From the NCBI GenBank assembly GCA_964016885.1, contig OZ024740.1, positions 276,458,001 to 276,522,000 of the forward strand: a stretch of 64,000 bases of DNA, written 5' to 3'. A model generated the notes under the pieces. It worked only from the letters and a program-made list of their open reading frames with translations, was not told the origin of the DNA and ran no database searches. This stretch comes from Eledone cirrhosa (lineage: Eukaryota). The stretch's first letter is position 1. Every line of letters begins with the position of its first letter. Below, piece by piece: positions 25,022-41,173 of the stretch. A program made the translations under genes and the position numbers.

Positions 25022-26094
25022 AATATAAATAAAAGCAGGTGTGGCTATGTGGTTAAGAAGTTTGCTTCTCAACCACATAGTTTAAGTCTCTGTCTTACGG
25101 TGTGGTACCTTGAGCAAATATCTTCTCCTATACCATGGACTGATCAATGCTTTGTTAGTGAATCTAGTTAATAGAAACTATAAGGAATCTTGTGTCTGTG
25201 TGTTTGTGACAGATTACAATCTCTTCATTACAACTATGCTTAATAATTACAGATATATATATATATATAAAGTTATATATAGTTTGATGTTGTATCATTG
25301 AATTTGTCATTAGTTTCCTATATAATCTGCCTTAATGTATGTTGGTCTACTTGGTTTCTACTACTGTACACACATACTTGCTTTCCTCTGCCCCAGATCA
25401 TTATATCTGCTCTGTTGCACTCATGGCCTCCATGAGAAATTTTGCAAGCTGGTACAAGACCCCTTTGGGGCCCAAAGTAGGCAAAGATTTTCCTGAAAAT
25501 TGATGTTGTGTGGTTGCTGTGGGACCTTCTTAGCTCTTGGGCCTAGAACAAAGTACTGGCTGTAACCCCCACCCCCACTCTCATAGAACCTAGTTGTACT
25601 TACATTTTATAAAGGTTTTGACTGGAGCACTCAACTAGTATGTTTTCATAGTTTTGGTGAGTATGCTCTCTACTTTACTTTAACATCTTACATTTTGATC
25701 CTCAGGACTAGCTTTACTATGAATTCTATAGTGTTTTGATCATTACATTATGCTTCATTAGCTGGGAATATATATTTCTATACCTCTAAAGTGTTCTGAC
25801 AATATAGCCAAACCATGTGCTTAATGTTTTGTTGTGTTAAAGCAGTGCAACTTATTCTGGCTGTTTATCCATTGTCACCAATCAGAGTATACAATACAAG
25901 GAGTTTCTATTCTAACTCTTATGGAGTGATTTGCCTCATGTCTGCAAACTTGATCTAGGCATGCTAGTAAATGCTCTCAAGAGCTGTGATGTGACATTCA
26001 CATGCTGTTTGGATCAAAGTTAAGCCTTTGCTCTTGCCCTTGTTTTTAGTTTAAGTAAAGTTAGTTAATGTATGTTTTTATATATGTATGTAAG

Positions 26095-26436
26095 TTGTTG
26101 TCTCTTTCTCTTAATTTTGAGTTTATATTTGACTGGCCACCTTCCTTGCACCAAGGATGCAAAGAAAAGGAATTTCCCCATGTTCTTTATGCAGTCATTT
26201 ATCATTTGAATCACAAAAATGTTTTACAAATTTTGAAGGTTCCAGATATTGTGGCCATTTCTAGATTATGAATTAAGGTGCTGTATTCTTTCTCCACAAA
26301 TCCCAGTTCAGTCATACTTTGGTCCACGTGAGTTAGTATATATCCTGTTAACTCCAATAATAATAGGTATAAAACTGAACATGTATCTTGGGTACTGGAT
26401 CTGTATACACCTCATAAATGGTTCATAGATATCCTT
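26095..26436 (-). mobile_element. Diverged 3' fragment of the R4/Dong-like element
   Basis: Translates DIYEPFMRCIQIQYPRYMFSFIPIIIG; homologous to 35045-35390. Confidence 0.82.
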
Positions 26437-27555
26437 CTTTTCTTTTTTTCTTTTTACATTGACATGCATGTGTATGTCTATGTATGTACATATATGCATA
26501 TGTATGTTTTTATAGATTCTTAGTTTTTTTTTTAGTTATTTAGATTGCTTTAGCTATTATTGCTATTGCCATGCTGGATGTACATATATGTAAGTATGTG
26601 TATGTATGTATGTGTATGTGTGTGTATGTATTATTATTATTATTATTTCAAATCCCACCGAGGTTGACTTTGCCTTTCATCCTTACGAGGTCGATAAAAT
26701 AAAGTACCAGTAATGTACTGGGTAATTGCTGGCCTTGTGCCAAAAAGTAGAAACAATTATTATTATTATTTTTTTTTTATTATTTTTTTACGTGCAATTG
26801 CCATACTCGATAACGAGGGGGCAGCCATCATATATGTATATGTATGTGTATGTATGTATATGCATGTGTGTATGTATGATTGTATATTACTTCGACAGTA
26901 ATCAATATTTTTTCAGTCAGTGAACCAAGACAGTCGTAGCATGTATGTGTGTATAACTGTGCATATGTACATGTGTGCTTGTGTATGCCTGTGTCTGCAC
27001 ATGCATTCATATGCACATACCTTTCGGTGTACCTCGTTCTGTTTCTGTGACTGCGTGTGTTATCTTCAGTAGCCTTAACATGATCGATATTTTGGCAGTG
27101 GGTTGGCAGGGACAGGAATGATATATTGTTGTTAATGACACTGTTGTTGTTGTTGTTGATGATGTCTGTGTCTATATGTACGTGTATGTACTGTAATGTG
27201 GTAAAAGATCAATACTTTACTAGTGGTGTGGTAGCAGGGGCCAAAGCCTATTGTAAGTGCAGAGTTACATGTATATGTACTTTTTAGGTATGTGTATATA
27301 TGTATGTATGTATGTGTATATATGTATATATGTATGTGTATGTATGTATGTATGTATGTGTGCACTGTTGTGTGCATGTATGTTTATTCACTCACCTTGG
27401 TGAAATCAATACTGTGTCAGTGAGTGGAATGTTCGTAAGATGAGTGAGAGATGATGGGCAGCTGTGGTCTATGTAAACCGCAGTTTGTGTATATATATGT
27501 GTTTACATATTTGTGTGTGGGTTGTAGGGAGGAAGTTGTATTCAGTGTGTATGTG

Positions 27556-27607
<52 letters not shown>

Positions 27608-27705
27608 GTCTGGAGAATGTATGTGTAGTTATAATTGTGCGCATGTACTTTTTATGTGTGTATAGTCAATGGTATATGTATGTATGTGTATATATGTATA
27701 TATGT

Positions 27706-28020
27706 ATGCAATCGAAAGGTTGTGAGTTCAATTCTCAGACCGGGTGATGTGTTGTTTCCTTGAGCAAGACACTTTATTTCACATTGCTCCAGTTTACTCA
27801 GCTGTAGAAATGAGATGATAGGGACTGGGTTCCCTATCATTCCACTGTAAAGTGGACGTGTAGGTGCCATGGCAAAAAAAAAAAATCACCCACCACTCAC
27901 TGTAAATGAGGTTGGTGTTAGGAAGGGCATCCAGCTGTAGAAATCAAGCCAGAATCAGTTCCAGTCCCACCCTTGCAAGCAGGGAAAAGCGGACGTAAAA
28001 TGATGATGATGATGATGATG
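27706..28020 (+). mobile_element. CORE-like SINE, 5'-truncated
   Basis: Near-identical to 10821-11125. Confidence 0.85.
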
Positions 28021-28624
28021 ATATATATCATCACCATCGTCAACTTTTTAATGTCCACTGCCCCTGCTTGCAAGGATTAGATGGGTCTACATAGACCAAG
28101 TCAATACTGAAGTGGAGGTACTGATCTCCCAGACAGGCCAGGGATCTGTGTTGTGCTTATGTAATATATATATATATATGCAGGCATGGAAGTAAGGATA
28201 AAAGATATCATTGCAGTCTCATGGTTTGGGGTTCTGTCCTACATCTCCATATATTACATATATACAGCACCGTTTAACATATTTTCCATTCTTGCATGGG
28301 TTAAATGGGTTGTCATATTCTGAGCCCAGATCAGATCTTGGTCAGACAATTTTGGCATAGTTTATATGGTTGGATGCCCTTCTTAATAGCACATATAATT
28401 TAATTAAAAGTGAGTCAAGTCCTGTTATTTCTCCTGTATGTTTACAGGGTAATTGGATCAGAGAAATTCCAGAATAAAAGGACACCAACTCAACTTTAAT
28501 AAAACTACTAAGCTATGTTATTGAGTACTCATTCTCACAACCATCAAAACTATATATAAGTAATTATGTATGTATAAATATGTGCAGGGACAAGGAAATA
28601 CTCAATTTGTTGTCTGAGCACACG

Positions 28625-28832
28625 GTTAGCTCACCAGGAGTGAGAGACCCCTAGTTCTTGTTAGAACATCATTCTAGGAGAAGGAAAACTTTGATATAAA
28701 ACCTACAACTCAATAGCAGCCAATGATATTGACCTGTTCTTTTTTTTGGATACCTGTCACTGTCGTTTAGAGAGTGGGATTGGTTCAGTGCAAGCCCTTT
28801 CTTCACTTAATAAAGCTTCAAGCACAGGCATC
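28625..28832 (+). repeat. Dispersed repeat resembling an RTE 5' UTR (second copy at ~38080-38301)
   Basis: Both copies share CTAGGAGAAGGMAACT..GATATAAAACCT and AGAGAGTGGGATTGGYTCAGTGCA. Confidence 0.55.
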
Positions 28833-29019
28833 ACTTGATCTAAATGACTCTCATATGTGTTGCGTGACCATAGCCTATTCTTTGTTCTTTTGCTGCAGCA
28901 TATGCAGAAAGAAATCTAAGTCCTTGGCTGGGTTAAAACGTCAAGTTCATACCACCCATGTATGAGAAAAAGGTTAAGGGATGGCAATTTTTGAAACTGA
29001 GATGCAGCCATTATGTGTA

Positions 29020-29064
<45 letters not shown>

Positions 29065-30363
29065 ATTTGTGAGTAAATATACATATATTTTATTTTCTTG
29101 TGAGTGAAAGTGAGTAGACAGAAACTGCATGGAGGCTCACCACATGGTATATACTTGTAATTCAAATGTGCTGCCTTGTTACAGTATGTTAACTTGATTC
29201 CACTTGAGAAAACCTATGTCGGTGAAATGCTCAGCCACTTTGCATGCCAATTCGATGAACAGGTCATTCTGTTGGTGTATTTCCCTGGGTGTTTTTTATT
29301 GTAGCATATACTCTCTCCGTCTCCCTCTCCCCCTCTCTCTCTTCCTTCCTCCCTTTCTCTCCCTCCTCCCTCCCTTTCTCTCCCTCCTCCCTTCCTTACT
29401 CTATAGTATCTCTAATTCATTCCCTCTTTATCTTTTGCCCTACCACGTGTCTCTATCTCTATCACCGATGTTCTCTCTGTTTTTTATTTCCCTCTTTGAT
29501 ATTATCTTTCTAATTAATATTTTCTCTTGCTTTAGTCCTTGTTATATGTGTGTATGTGTGTGTGTGTGCGCGTTTTCTCCCTTAATCTTTTTTTTTCTGC
29601 CCCTCTCTGTTTATCTCTTACTCCCACTTTCTCTTTCTCTCTCTCTCTAGTCCCCACTTCTCTCTCTCTCTATCTATCTCCTACTTCTCTTTCTCTCTCT
29701 CTCTCTAGTCCCCACTTATCTTTCTCTCTATCTCTCTCCCACTTCTCTCTCTCCCACTTCTCTCTATCTATCTATCACCCACTCTCTCTCTCTCTCTCTT
29801 CCTATCTTTATCTACCCCTAACCCCGCCAACTATACACTTCACCTTACCTTATCTTTTTCACAGTTAACTATTTGCTAGTGAGCTCAAATAACTTTGCCA
29901 TCCCACTGGTGCAGCAAGTGCTGAAGCTGTTGCTGTTGTTGTTGTTGGTGGTGTAGATGATAATTATGACGATTGTGATAATGATGCTAATGCTGCTAAT
30001 GCTGCTGTTGCTTGGTAGCCATTCCTCCTGTGGCATCATCATTCTGATTACCAACAGTTATGGCTCACTCTCAATCTCTCTCTCTCTTTCTTTCTTTCCT
30101 TCTCTCTCTCTCTCTCTTTCCCCCTCCCACTCACACACTCTCTCTCTCTCTCTCTCGTCTCTCAGTCACTCTCTCTCTTTCCTTCTAGTTGCTCTCTCTT
30201 TCCTTCTCCCAGTCGCGCTCTCTAACTTTCTCCTCCCAGTCACTCTCTCTTTCTCTCTCGTCTCTCAGTCACTCTCTCTCTTTCCTTCTAGTTGCTCTCT
30301 CTTTCCTTCTAGTTGCTCTCTCTTTCCTTCTCCCAGTCGCGCTCTCTAACTTTCTCCTCCCAC

Positions 30364-30399
<36 letters not shown>

Positions 30400-31481
30400 C
30401 TCTCAGTCACTCTCTCTCTTTCCTTCTCCCAGCCACTCTCTCTTTCCTTCTCCCAGTCGATCTCTCCCTAACTCTCTCCTCCCAGTCACTCTCTCTCTCT
30501 ATATATATCTATTTATCCACTATCTCTTTCACTGCATCATACACATTCTTTCTCTCTTCTCTTCTGTAGCTGACCTGACATTGTAACTGTTATTTACTTG
30601 GTGTTGGTGCTACTGTTGTTGTTGTTGTTGTTGTATGGTATAGACTGGGATAGGATGAAATAAGAGCAGATGGGGATATAAAAAGGGTGGTCATTTTGAG
30701 AGAGACAGAGACCAGACAATTGGAAATGCAGATGGAAAGATAGATATATTAAGAAGCCAGAAAAAGGAAAAGGGTCGGAGAAAAATAGAAATAGAGAAAG
30801 AGTATATTACAAAATCAGAAAAATAAGCATATATTCAAAAAGAAATACACCCAAAGTCTGACTTTATTTTTGCAAGAATAGGCCTAGTGTTGTAGTATTG
30901 ATTCCATGCCAAAAATAGACACAACTAGCATCCACTAACTAAACAAATAAAAATAAGTTTTAAAAAATAGCTAGAAAAATTCAAAATAGTTGCCTGATGC
31001 CTATACATCTTCTGTCACAAGCCAATGAGGGAGCCTATGCTGGATTGCTTGTCCTGCTAGAAATAACGACTGAATTCCATTCAGTCACACACTGCTACCA
31101 AGGGTTGAACATGTCATCACAGATCAGTCAGTATTCAAATAGAGCTTCTGATCTCCAGGTGGGCTTGGGGCCCTAATGTAAAATCCCGAATTCTACTGAG
31201 TGTATTTTATCATAGTACCAGGTCTTTGGAATAGCTGAATAATCTTCCTGATTATTTGGCAGGTTTTCTACATCTAGATGTCCTTCTGATCACCAATCAT
31301 TTTAGAGAGTATACTGGGTGTGTTTATTTTACAAATCCTTAACACCAGGAGGATTGTCATGTCTATGACACAGCTGAAGAACATTTCACCTTTTTTTTTG
31401 AGATCTGACTGCCTTTCAATATTCATTTAGCATTTGCTTCTCCTAGATCCTAGCTTTTTTCTTTACACTATTTTCCACACT

Positions 31482-31675
31482 TACTGTTTATACTCGAATA
31501 TAAGCCGAGGAATATTTCAACAAAAAGTTGATGGTAGAATAGGTTGGCTTATATTTGGGCCCAATATTTTGACAATATTCACCAACTTCAAATTCTATGT
31601 AAATAATGTTTGGATTTTTACCCATTTCTCAGACATAAAAAAGTGGGGTCAACTTATATTCGAGTATATACGGTA
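31482..31675. mobile_element. pogo/Tc1-mariner-type MITE
   Basis: TA-CTGTTTATACTCGAATATAAG … CTTATATTCGAGTATATACGG-TA. Confidence 0.82.
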
Positions 31676-32790
31676 GTCTCTCTATCAGACATTGCCTTCC
31701 TTTATTCATTGTTTGGTTCTTGACTGCAGTCTCTTTCTTAATTAGTTACATCTGTTTATTAAATTAATGAATTAATTTTTCTTTATTTTTAACATTTTTC
31801 ATTGCTTTGTTAGAAGCAGAGAGCAAAGCACAATACACATGATATTTATTGGTTTAATCTCATCTCTCCAGATTGCTAATATCAGAACAATTGCTGCTCA
31901 GTATGAATATCTATAAAACATTTGTAAATCAGTTTGTGTGTCTGTTTTGTAAATCTGATATATAAAATGTAGGTGTCACTTGTACATGAATATATATGGA
32001 AATTTAAGTTGAAATTAATTTCAGTTTGTGAATTATTACTGTTGCAGAAAGAGGGGGAAATATCAGCTAAATATCGATCAATTCTCATCCCCCACCTCCT
32101 TCTTAACAACATAGGTCAAGATAGGTAACATGGACCTTGGTTCTTTTCTCATAGAAAACAAGATGGCATAGTCCACATCTGGAGGGCATTTGATCATAGA
32201 TCTACTCAGTCAGAATTGAGTTGGGGTTAAACTACAACAAGAAATCTGTTTTATCTTTCGTTAATACATTATATGACAGTAAATGTACAATACAATTCTA
32301 TAATCCACTATACAGCATATAGGTTAATTCCTTCCCTTTCTATTATACCGACTGTCTGGCTCTGTAATAATGTTGCCTTCACTAACTACATGAATTCTAA
32401 CCAGACACAATGAGAGCTATATCACAATACCTCACTTGTCAAGACCACATGTTCTCATTCTCTCTTTCAAGTTCATTCCTTCGCCAGCCTTTATCACTCT
32501 TTTTCAAACGCATGTTCCTTTCTCTTTCATATACTCTTTCACTCACTCTCAAACACATGTTCTCTCTCTTTCTCTCCCACAACACACCCATACATGTGTA
32601 GGCTTTCTTCTTTCCTCCTCTATTCCTCTCTTCCACCTATATCTTTCTACATACATACAATACCTCTGCCACACCCTAGCTCTTCAAAATATATGATTAC
32701 ACATCAAAACTAACAATATATATATATATATATATATATATGAAAATGTTTAATACTTCGTTATATATATATATAGTAATAATAATTTGA

Positions 32791-35044
<2,254 letters not shown>

Positions 35045-37920
35045 GTTTTGTCTTTCTCTTAATTTCGAGTATATTTTTTTGACCGGCCACCTTCCTGGTG
35101 GCAAGGTTGTAAAAGAAAAGAAATTGTCATCCCTTGAATCGCAAGAATGTTTTGCAAATTTTGAAGGTGCCAGCTATCGCAGCCATCTGCAGACTATGAA
35201 TTAGGGAGCTGCGCTTTTTGTCCGCAAATCCAAGTTCAGTCATACTTTGGTCCAAGCGGGTTGGTTTGTAACCCGTAGCACCAATAATGATGGGTATGAA
35301 GCTAAAGGTGTATCTTGGATACTGGATTTGTAAACTCCTCATCAATGGTCCGTAGATGTCCTCCTTCTCCTGTATTTTTCTGACAACATTTACATCAAGT
35401 GGGCAGCTGATCTCCACAACAGAACACGTTTTCAATGTGTGGTCCCAAACTACAATATCAGGCCGGTTGTGCTTTAATTTGGTGGCAGTTTTTATTTTCA
35501 GGTTCCACCAGTATTCCTTAGTGCCATCTGTCTCAATATATTCTTCCTCGTTTGTTGTTAATTTTGTTTTCCGAAGTGCGTTCCAGATGGTTCTAGCTAT
35601 CCCATCGTGTCTCATGGGGAGGTAGTAGCGAGATGACATTCTTTCGCAGCTGGCAACAATGTGGCTTACATCCTCGATCTTTGTTTTACATAGCCTACAT
35701 TTATTGTCAGCTGCTGGCCCTCTTCTTTTGTGCAGCAGATATTTGGTAGGGAGTTCTTGTTCCTGTATTGCATAGAGATATCCCTGTGATGTCATAAACT
35801 TGTCGGAACTCCATGCCAGGCTTTTTGAGTGGTTTATCCCCTCTATGGTCTGTGTTTTATGCCTCAAGTATCCATGCACAACTTTTTCTGTAAATTGGTC
35901 AATTTTCTTATCTTTTTTGAACATTGAATAGGATCTTCCGATTTCTCTGGGTGAGAGATTTATATCAGGCTTTATTCCATATCTCTCCTCCAGATCAGTC
36001 GCTATTCTAATGATATTTCTTTTTTCATGCTCATAAACCTGGGCAAGATGGTTGCCAACCTTTTTCCTCTGTTGAAGGTATTGCTTCAGTGTTACTATCC
36101 GGGTCTCATATGTTGTTAATATTGATTTTAGACCCCGGCCACCTTCATTGCCTGAGAAGTATAGCCTATCCACATCACCATTGATGTTAAAGTTCCCAGT
36201 AACACTGAGAAGTTTTCGAGTTCTAACATCCATCTCACTTAGTTCTTGCAATGACACAGTTCAGTAGGCCAAATGTTGGCGTTAGAATTGGCACAGCATA
36301 AGTATTGTGGGCAATGTATTTGTTGTATGCTGACAGTTCTGATGACCATATTTTCTTTACTCTTCTGAGGTATTCAGTTCTGGTTCTCTCCTTATTTATG
36401 GGTCCATCATATCTGTCATTCTCATCCTGTCCAAGATATCTGTAGTTGTCACCTGACTGCAGAGGTTGTATTGTCAGGCCGTTCATCTCTAGATTTCTAG
36501 AGGAGGGCACAGCTCTTCCACGTTTTACTGCCAAATATGCACACTTGGACTCACCAAATTTCATTTTGATGTCGGTTGAAAATTGTGTAATGAGGTCCAA
36601 TTGTTTCTTGATGTCATTGATATTTGGCCCATACAACTTCAGGTCATCAACAAAGAAAAGATGGGAGATACTTCTGGGCCCACTTCTTTGTCCACCTTGT
36701 TTCCTGAGTAGGTAAGATAGTGGATTCAGTGAGAGAACGAAGAGTAGCACTGACAAGCTATCACCCTGAAAGATGCCCTTCTGGTAATGTATCTTATCAG
36801 TCTTAACCTGCTCCTTCTCACCTCTAAGGATCAAATTGGTGTACCAGTTCTTGGTCAGGCGTTCAACAGCAGCTACCAATGGTTGTGGGACTTTAGCTAA
36901 CTGTAAAGCCTTAATAATCCACCCATGAGGTACACTATCAAATGCTTTTTGATAGTCCAGCCACACGACAGTCATGTTTCTGGGATTCTTTGTTGTTTTT
37001 TCCTGAATCATTTTGTTAGTTAGTAGGTGATCTATGCAACCCCACACCTCCCTCTTTCCACCAGCTTGCTCAGGTGTTATGATGTTGTTGGTAGCACAGT
37101 GATCCTGTAAGAACAGGTTAAGGCACCCAGTATATAATTTATACATGATGTTTTGGCAGGCAATTGGGCGGTAATTTTTAGCAAGGGTGGTTTGGCTATT
37201 TTGGGGAATGAGGAGAGTAGTCGCAGTTGATAACCATCTGGGCAGTTCTTGTGTGCCCTTAAGGGTTTCTGTAAACAGCCGTATGAGATCTTGCCGATAG
37301 AAAGGGAAATTCTTCAACCAGTATCCTGTAATGAGGTCTGGGCCTGGTGATTTCCTATTCAACATTTTCTGTAGAGCTGTTTCCAGTATTGACCCATCTA
37401 TGTCATATTGTTTTGTCTGGACATGTTGGCAGTAGTCCTGTTCCAGTTCTTTTAGCCAATTGGCTTATCTGTTGAATCCGTCATCCGTTTCCCATACAGA
37501 TCTCCAGTAGCTCTCAACCTGTTCTTTCCAAGGGGTGTCGTTTACAGGGATTGAGCTTTTGCCACCGAAGCTGCGATAAACTGATTTAGGATCTCTGGCA
37601 AACAATCTATTTAGCACTTGTCGTTTATGTGCTGTTGACTTATATTTTAGTCTTTCTGTTGTAGCTGTGAGTTGTTGTTTCAACTGGTGTAATTTGGAGT
37701 TCAAAGTTTTAAATTTTGTATCTCCAAATCGTCTCTCTAACTTTTTCTTTAGGTCTTCCTGGTGTCGTGTGAAGTTGCTCTCTATGTTGCATTTCATAAC
37801 GACTGCGATGTGTGAGATACTTCGTCTCAGGGACAAAATTTTGGTTTTTAAATTTCGCATCCACGCTGGTTCAGACTTTCTGTTTGTATCTTCTGTTTGT
37901 ATCTTGATTGCGTGGTTTTA
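35045..37920 (-). mobile_element. 5'-truncated R4/Dong-like non-LTR retrotransposon (RT, CCHC finger, RLE), with disrupted ORF
   Basis: RT motifs SPGPD, NYRPIACQN, LDYQKAFDSV, GIFQGDSLS, FVDD and YRYLG, then GGRGL, CRLC..HIVASC, RHD and RPDIVVWD..VVEISCP. The frame is split into three ORFs (37465-37860, 36235-37365, 35127-36257). Confidence 0.9.
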
Positions 37921-38505
37921 GATGTGTGTATATATATATATGTATGTATGTATGTATATATGTGATTTTGGACACCCTGCAGGACAAAAAACAAAACTTG
38001 ACAAAGGGCGGAAGAACTCATAAGAGTCAACGGCCATCCAAATGTGTGTAAATATGTATATAGACATGTACCACGCAGTTAAACCACTGGGAGTAAAGGA
38101 CCCCTAGCCTTTGTCACTGCATTCTTCTAGGAGAAGGCAACTCAGGAAACTGGGATAACTCCGATATAAAACCTGCGGCTCAGTAGTTACCGATGATGTT
38201 GATCTTTTCTTCTTTTCGGGTTAGCTACTGTCGCTCAGAGAGTGGGATTGGCTCAGTGCACAGTCTTTCCTCACTTTAAAAAAATCTTCACGTACAGGCA
38301 TTGTACAATAGAATTAATTAATAATTATCAATAATGGTATATCATGCAATGGCCTTACTCGATAACGAGCGGGCAGCCATCATATATATAAATATATGTA
38401 TATATATATAGATATATATGTATGTATATATATATATATATGTATGTATATATATATATATATGTACATATATATATATATGTATGTATATATATATATA
38501 TGTAC

Positions 38506-38537
<32 letters not shown>

Positions 38538-38540
38538 GTG

Positions 38541-38600
<60 letters not shown>

Positions 38601-38681
38601 TATGTATATGTATGTATATGTATAATATATATGTATATGTATATATTTATTTGTATATATATGTATATATATGTATGTATA

Positions 38682-38745
<64 letters not shown>

Positions 38746-38807
38746 TATACATACATATATATACATATATATACAAATAAATATATATATATGTATGTAT
38801 ATATATG

Positions 38808-38842
<35 letters not shown>

Positions 38843-38975
38843 TTATATATACATATATATACAAATATATATATATATATATATATACATATCTATATAC
38901 AAATATATATTTATATATATATATATATGTATATATATATGTATGTATATATATATGTATATATATATGTGTGTG

Positions 38976-39032
<57 letters not shown>

Positions 39033-39377
39033 ATGTATATATGTATGTATATATATATGTATATGTGTATATATATATATGCATAGTGTGTATGTTCAAC
39101 TCCTGTGCTTCAGTTGCATCTGTTTTTATTGTTTGCCGTTCCTTTGTACACCCCCCCCCCCCTTCATCCTTCAGTGTTGCTTCTTGATGACACAAGTGGT
39201 ATAAAATGGTGTATATAAATAGAAGGATGTATAAATAAACGGAAGACTTGTGTATTGTCATTGATTACACAACTGCTTCAATACTGATGACATACAAGTA
39301 GTGTCCAGAATAAAATACACATGATTCCCAGTGTGTTAGTCTCTCTCTATATATTTATATATGTATAGCTATGTGTT

Positions 39378-39418
<41 letters not shown>

Positions 39419-39837
39419 AACACTGTAGAGTGGTTGTTTTTGTGGCAGGACAGTGTACACTGTAAATGTGGTTATCATTAGGAAAGGCATCCAGCTATAG
39501 AAACCAAGCCAGCAATAGTTCCGTGTTATGACCAACACATTCATCTGATATGGCTTGTCTCACAGCAGGACAATTCGTCCAACCCATGCTAGCATGGAAA
39601 CATGGATTTTAAACAGTGATAATGATGATTATCATCATCAGGATACATACATGCACACATACACATATATATATATACAAACCATAAATGTGTATTATCA
39701 GGCTGTTTTGTTTCAACACTTACAAATTAAATTCATTGTCTCAGAGTGGCAATTAATTATTCAATTTCAAAAGAGCTGTAAATAGTAGCCATAAACAGTG
39801 TGAGGCTTTTTGACATCAACAAAAGTCTTTGGAAAAG

Positions 39838-39875
<38 letters not shown>

Positions 39876-40001
39876 ATATAAGTTAAAACAATGAAATAAA
39901 AAATCAAGTCATTAGAGATATACTTCACTGCTTTACGATCGTTTCTAGATGATGATAATACATTGTAGCTATACTCAGTTATTGATCTATGTAAAGTTAG
40001 T

Positions 40002-40029
<28 letters not shown>

Positions 40030-40032
<3 letters not shown>

Positions 40033-40300
40033 TCATCATCATCATCACCGTTTTACGTCCGTTCTTCCACGCTAGCATGGGTTAGATAGGTTGTCCTGTT
40101 GTGGGCAGTGTCTGGTCGGCTGACCATGCCTTGCTCATACAGGAACTGATTTGGCTTGATTTCTACAGCTGGATGCCCTTCCTAACACCAACCTCATTTA
40201 CAGTGAGTGCTGGATGCTTTTTTCTGTGGCGCCTACACGTCCACTTTACAGTGTGGGCTGGGTGCTTTTTTTTTGCCGTGGCACCCCCACGACCACTTTG
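40030..40300 (-). mobile_element. SINE 3' part with RTE-type tail
   Basis: Shares the CTACAGCTGGATGCCCTTCCTAACACCAACC module and (CAT)n tail. Confidence 0.78.
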
Positions 40301-40361
40301 AAGTGGGGGCATATTGTCTATATGCTTCAGCTTCGGCTTGTACCTGTGGGGGGTCGGGTCT

Positions 40362-40393
<32 letters not shown>

Positions 40394-40412
40394 TATTAAA
40401 ATAACAGATTAA

Positions 40413-40463
40413 AGTTTAAGCAAAGAATTGCCGCTTTCACCCTTAACGGGATCATCTGAAACT
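40413..40463 (-). ncRNA. Hammerhead-like motif with a CAGATGA core variant
   Basis: The minus strand reads AGTTT-CAGATGA-T-CCC-GTTAA-GGG-T-GAAA-GCGG-CAATTCT-TTGC-TT-AAACT. Related copies lie at 41190-41246(-) and 50004-50055(+). Confidence 0.62.
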
Positions 40464-40658
40464 AAAAAAGTCAATCTGTGAATATATATAGAAGGGATAA
40501 CAAAATATCGATATAGGTAATCCAGTTAGAGGTTGTGAATACTTCTTATTATGGATAGTTTTAGCGTACGGCTTTGCTTGACTCAACAAGAGGTTTACTT
40601 AGGTGGCGAGTTTATGATTTCACTTGTATTCCTATGTAAGTTTATCTTGGAGTAATAC

Positions 40659-40749
40659 AATTGAAAAAATGTGAAGAATAACATGGTCAACAGTACAATA
40701 AATTCCTTTTTCTGTACTGTTGACCATGTTATTCTTCACTTTTTCAATT
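40659..40749. repeat. ~38-bp-arm hairpin adjacent to (TA)n
   Basis: GTGAAGAATAACATGGTCAACAGTACA / TGTACTGTTGACCATGTTATTCTTCAC; a related arm sequence lies at 58318-58348. Confidence 0.85.
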
Positions 40750-40879
40750 TTATATATATATATATATATATAATGTAATTATATATATGATTATAGTGGA
40801 ATTATCCACTATTATTTTTGGTAAGTTATGTAAAGCTCCATCCATTATTAGAGTTGATTATATGCAGGAATCCAAGTCA

Positions 40880-41025
40880 AAATAGTTGATATTAAAGATG
40901 AATTTGGAGATGAGGAAGGACCGTGACAAGTGGAGAGATGCTCTGCTGAATAGGACCCGTCCCACCCTTGCAAGCAGGGAAAAGCAGACGTAAAATGACG
41001 ATGATGATGATGATGATGATGATGA
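40880..41025 (+). mobile_element. 3' end of a second RTE subfamily
   Basis: Translates [31 protein letters not shown], followed by (TGA)n; the tail matches the SINE tail. Confidence 0.75.
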
Positions 41026-41059
41026 TATATATATATATATATACATATATATTATATAT

Positions 41060-41173
41060 CATCCCTCTTATTCCTAATTTCTCACTTAGTTCACTTATGC
41101 TTTGCCGTTCACGTATATTACTATTACACATCCAACGGAGCATGCATGCTTTGTTCCTTTCCAGTCTGCGCAT
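41060..41173 (-). mobile_element. Internal RTE ORF fragment
   Basis: MRRLERNKACMLRWMCNSNIRERQSISEL matches the ORF at ~6495-6608. Confidence 0.85.
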
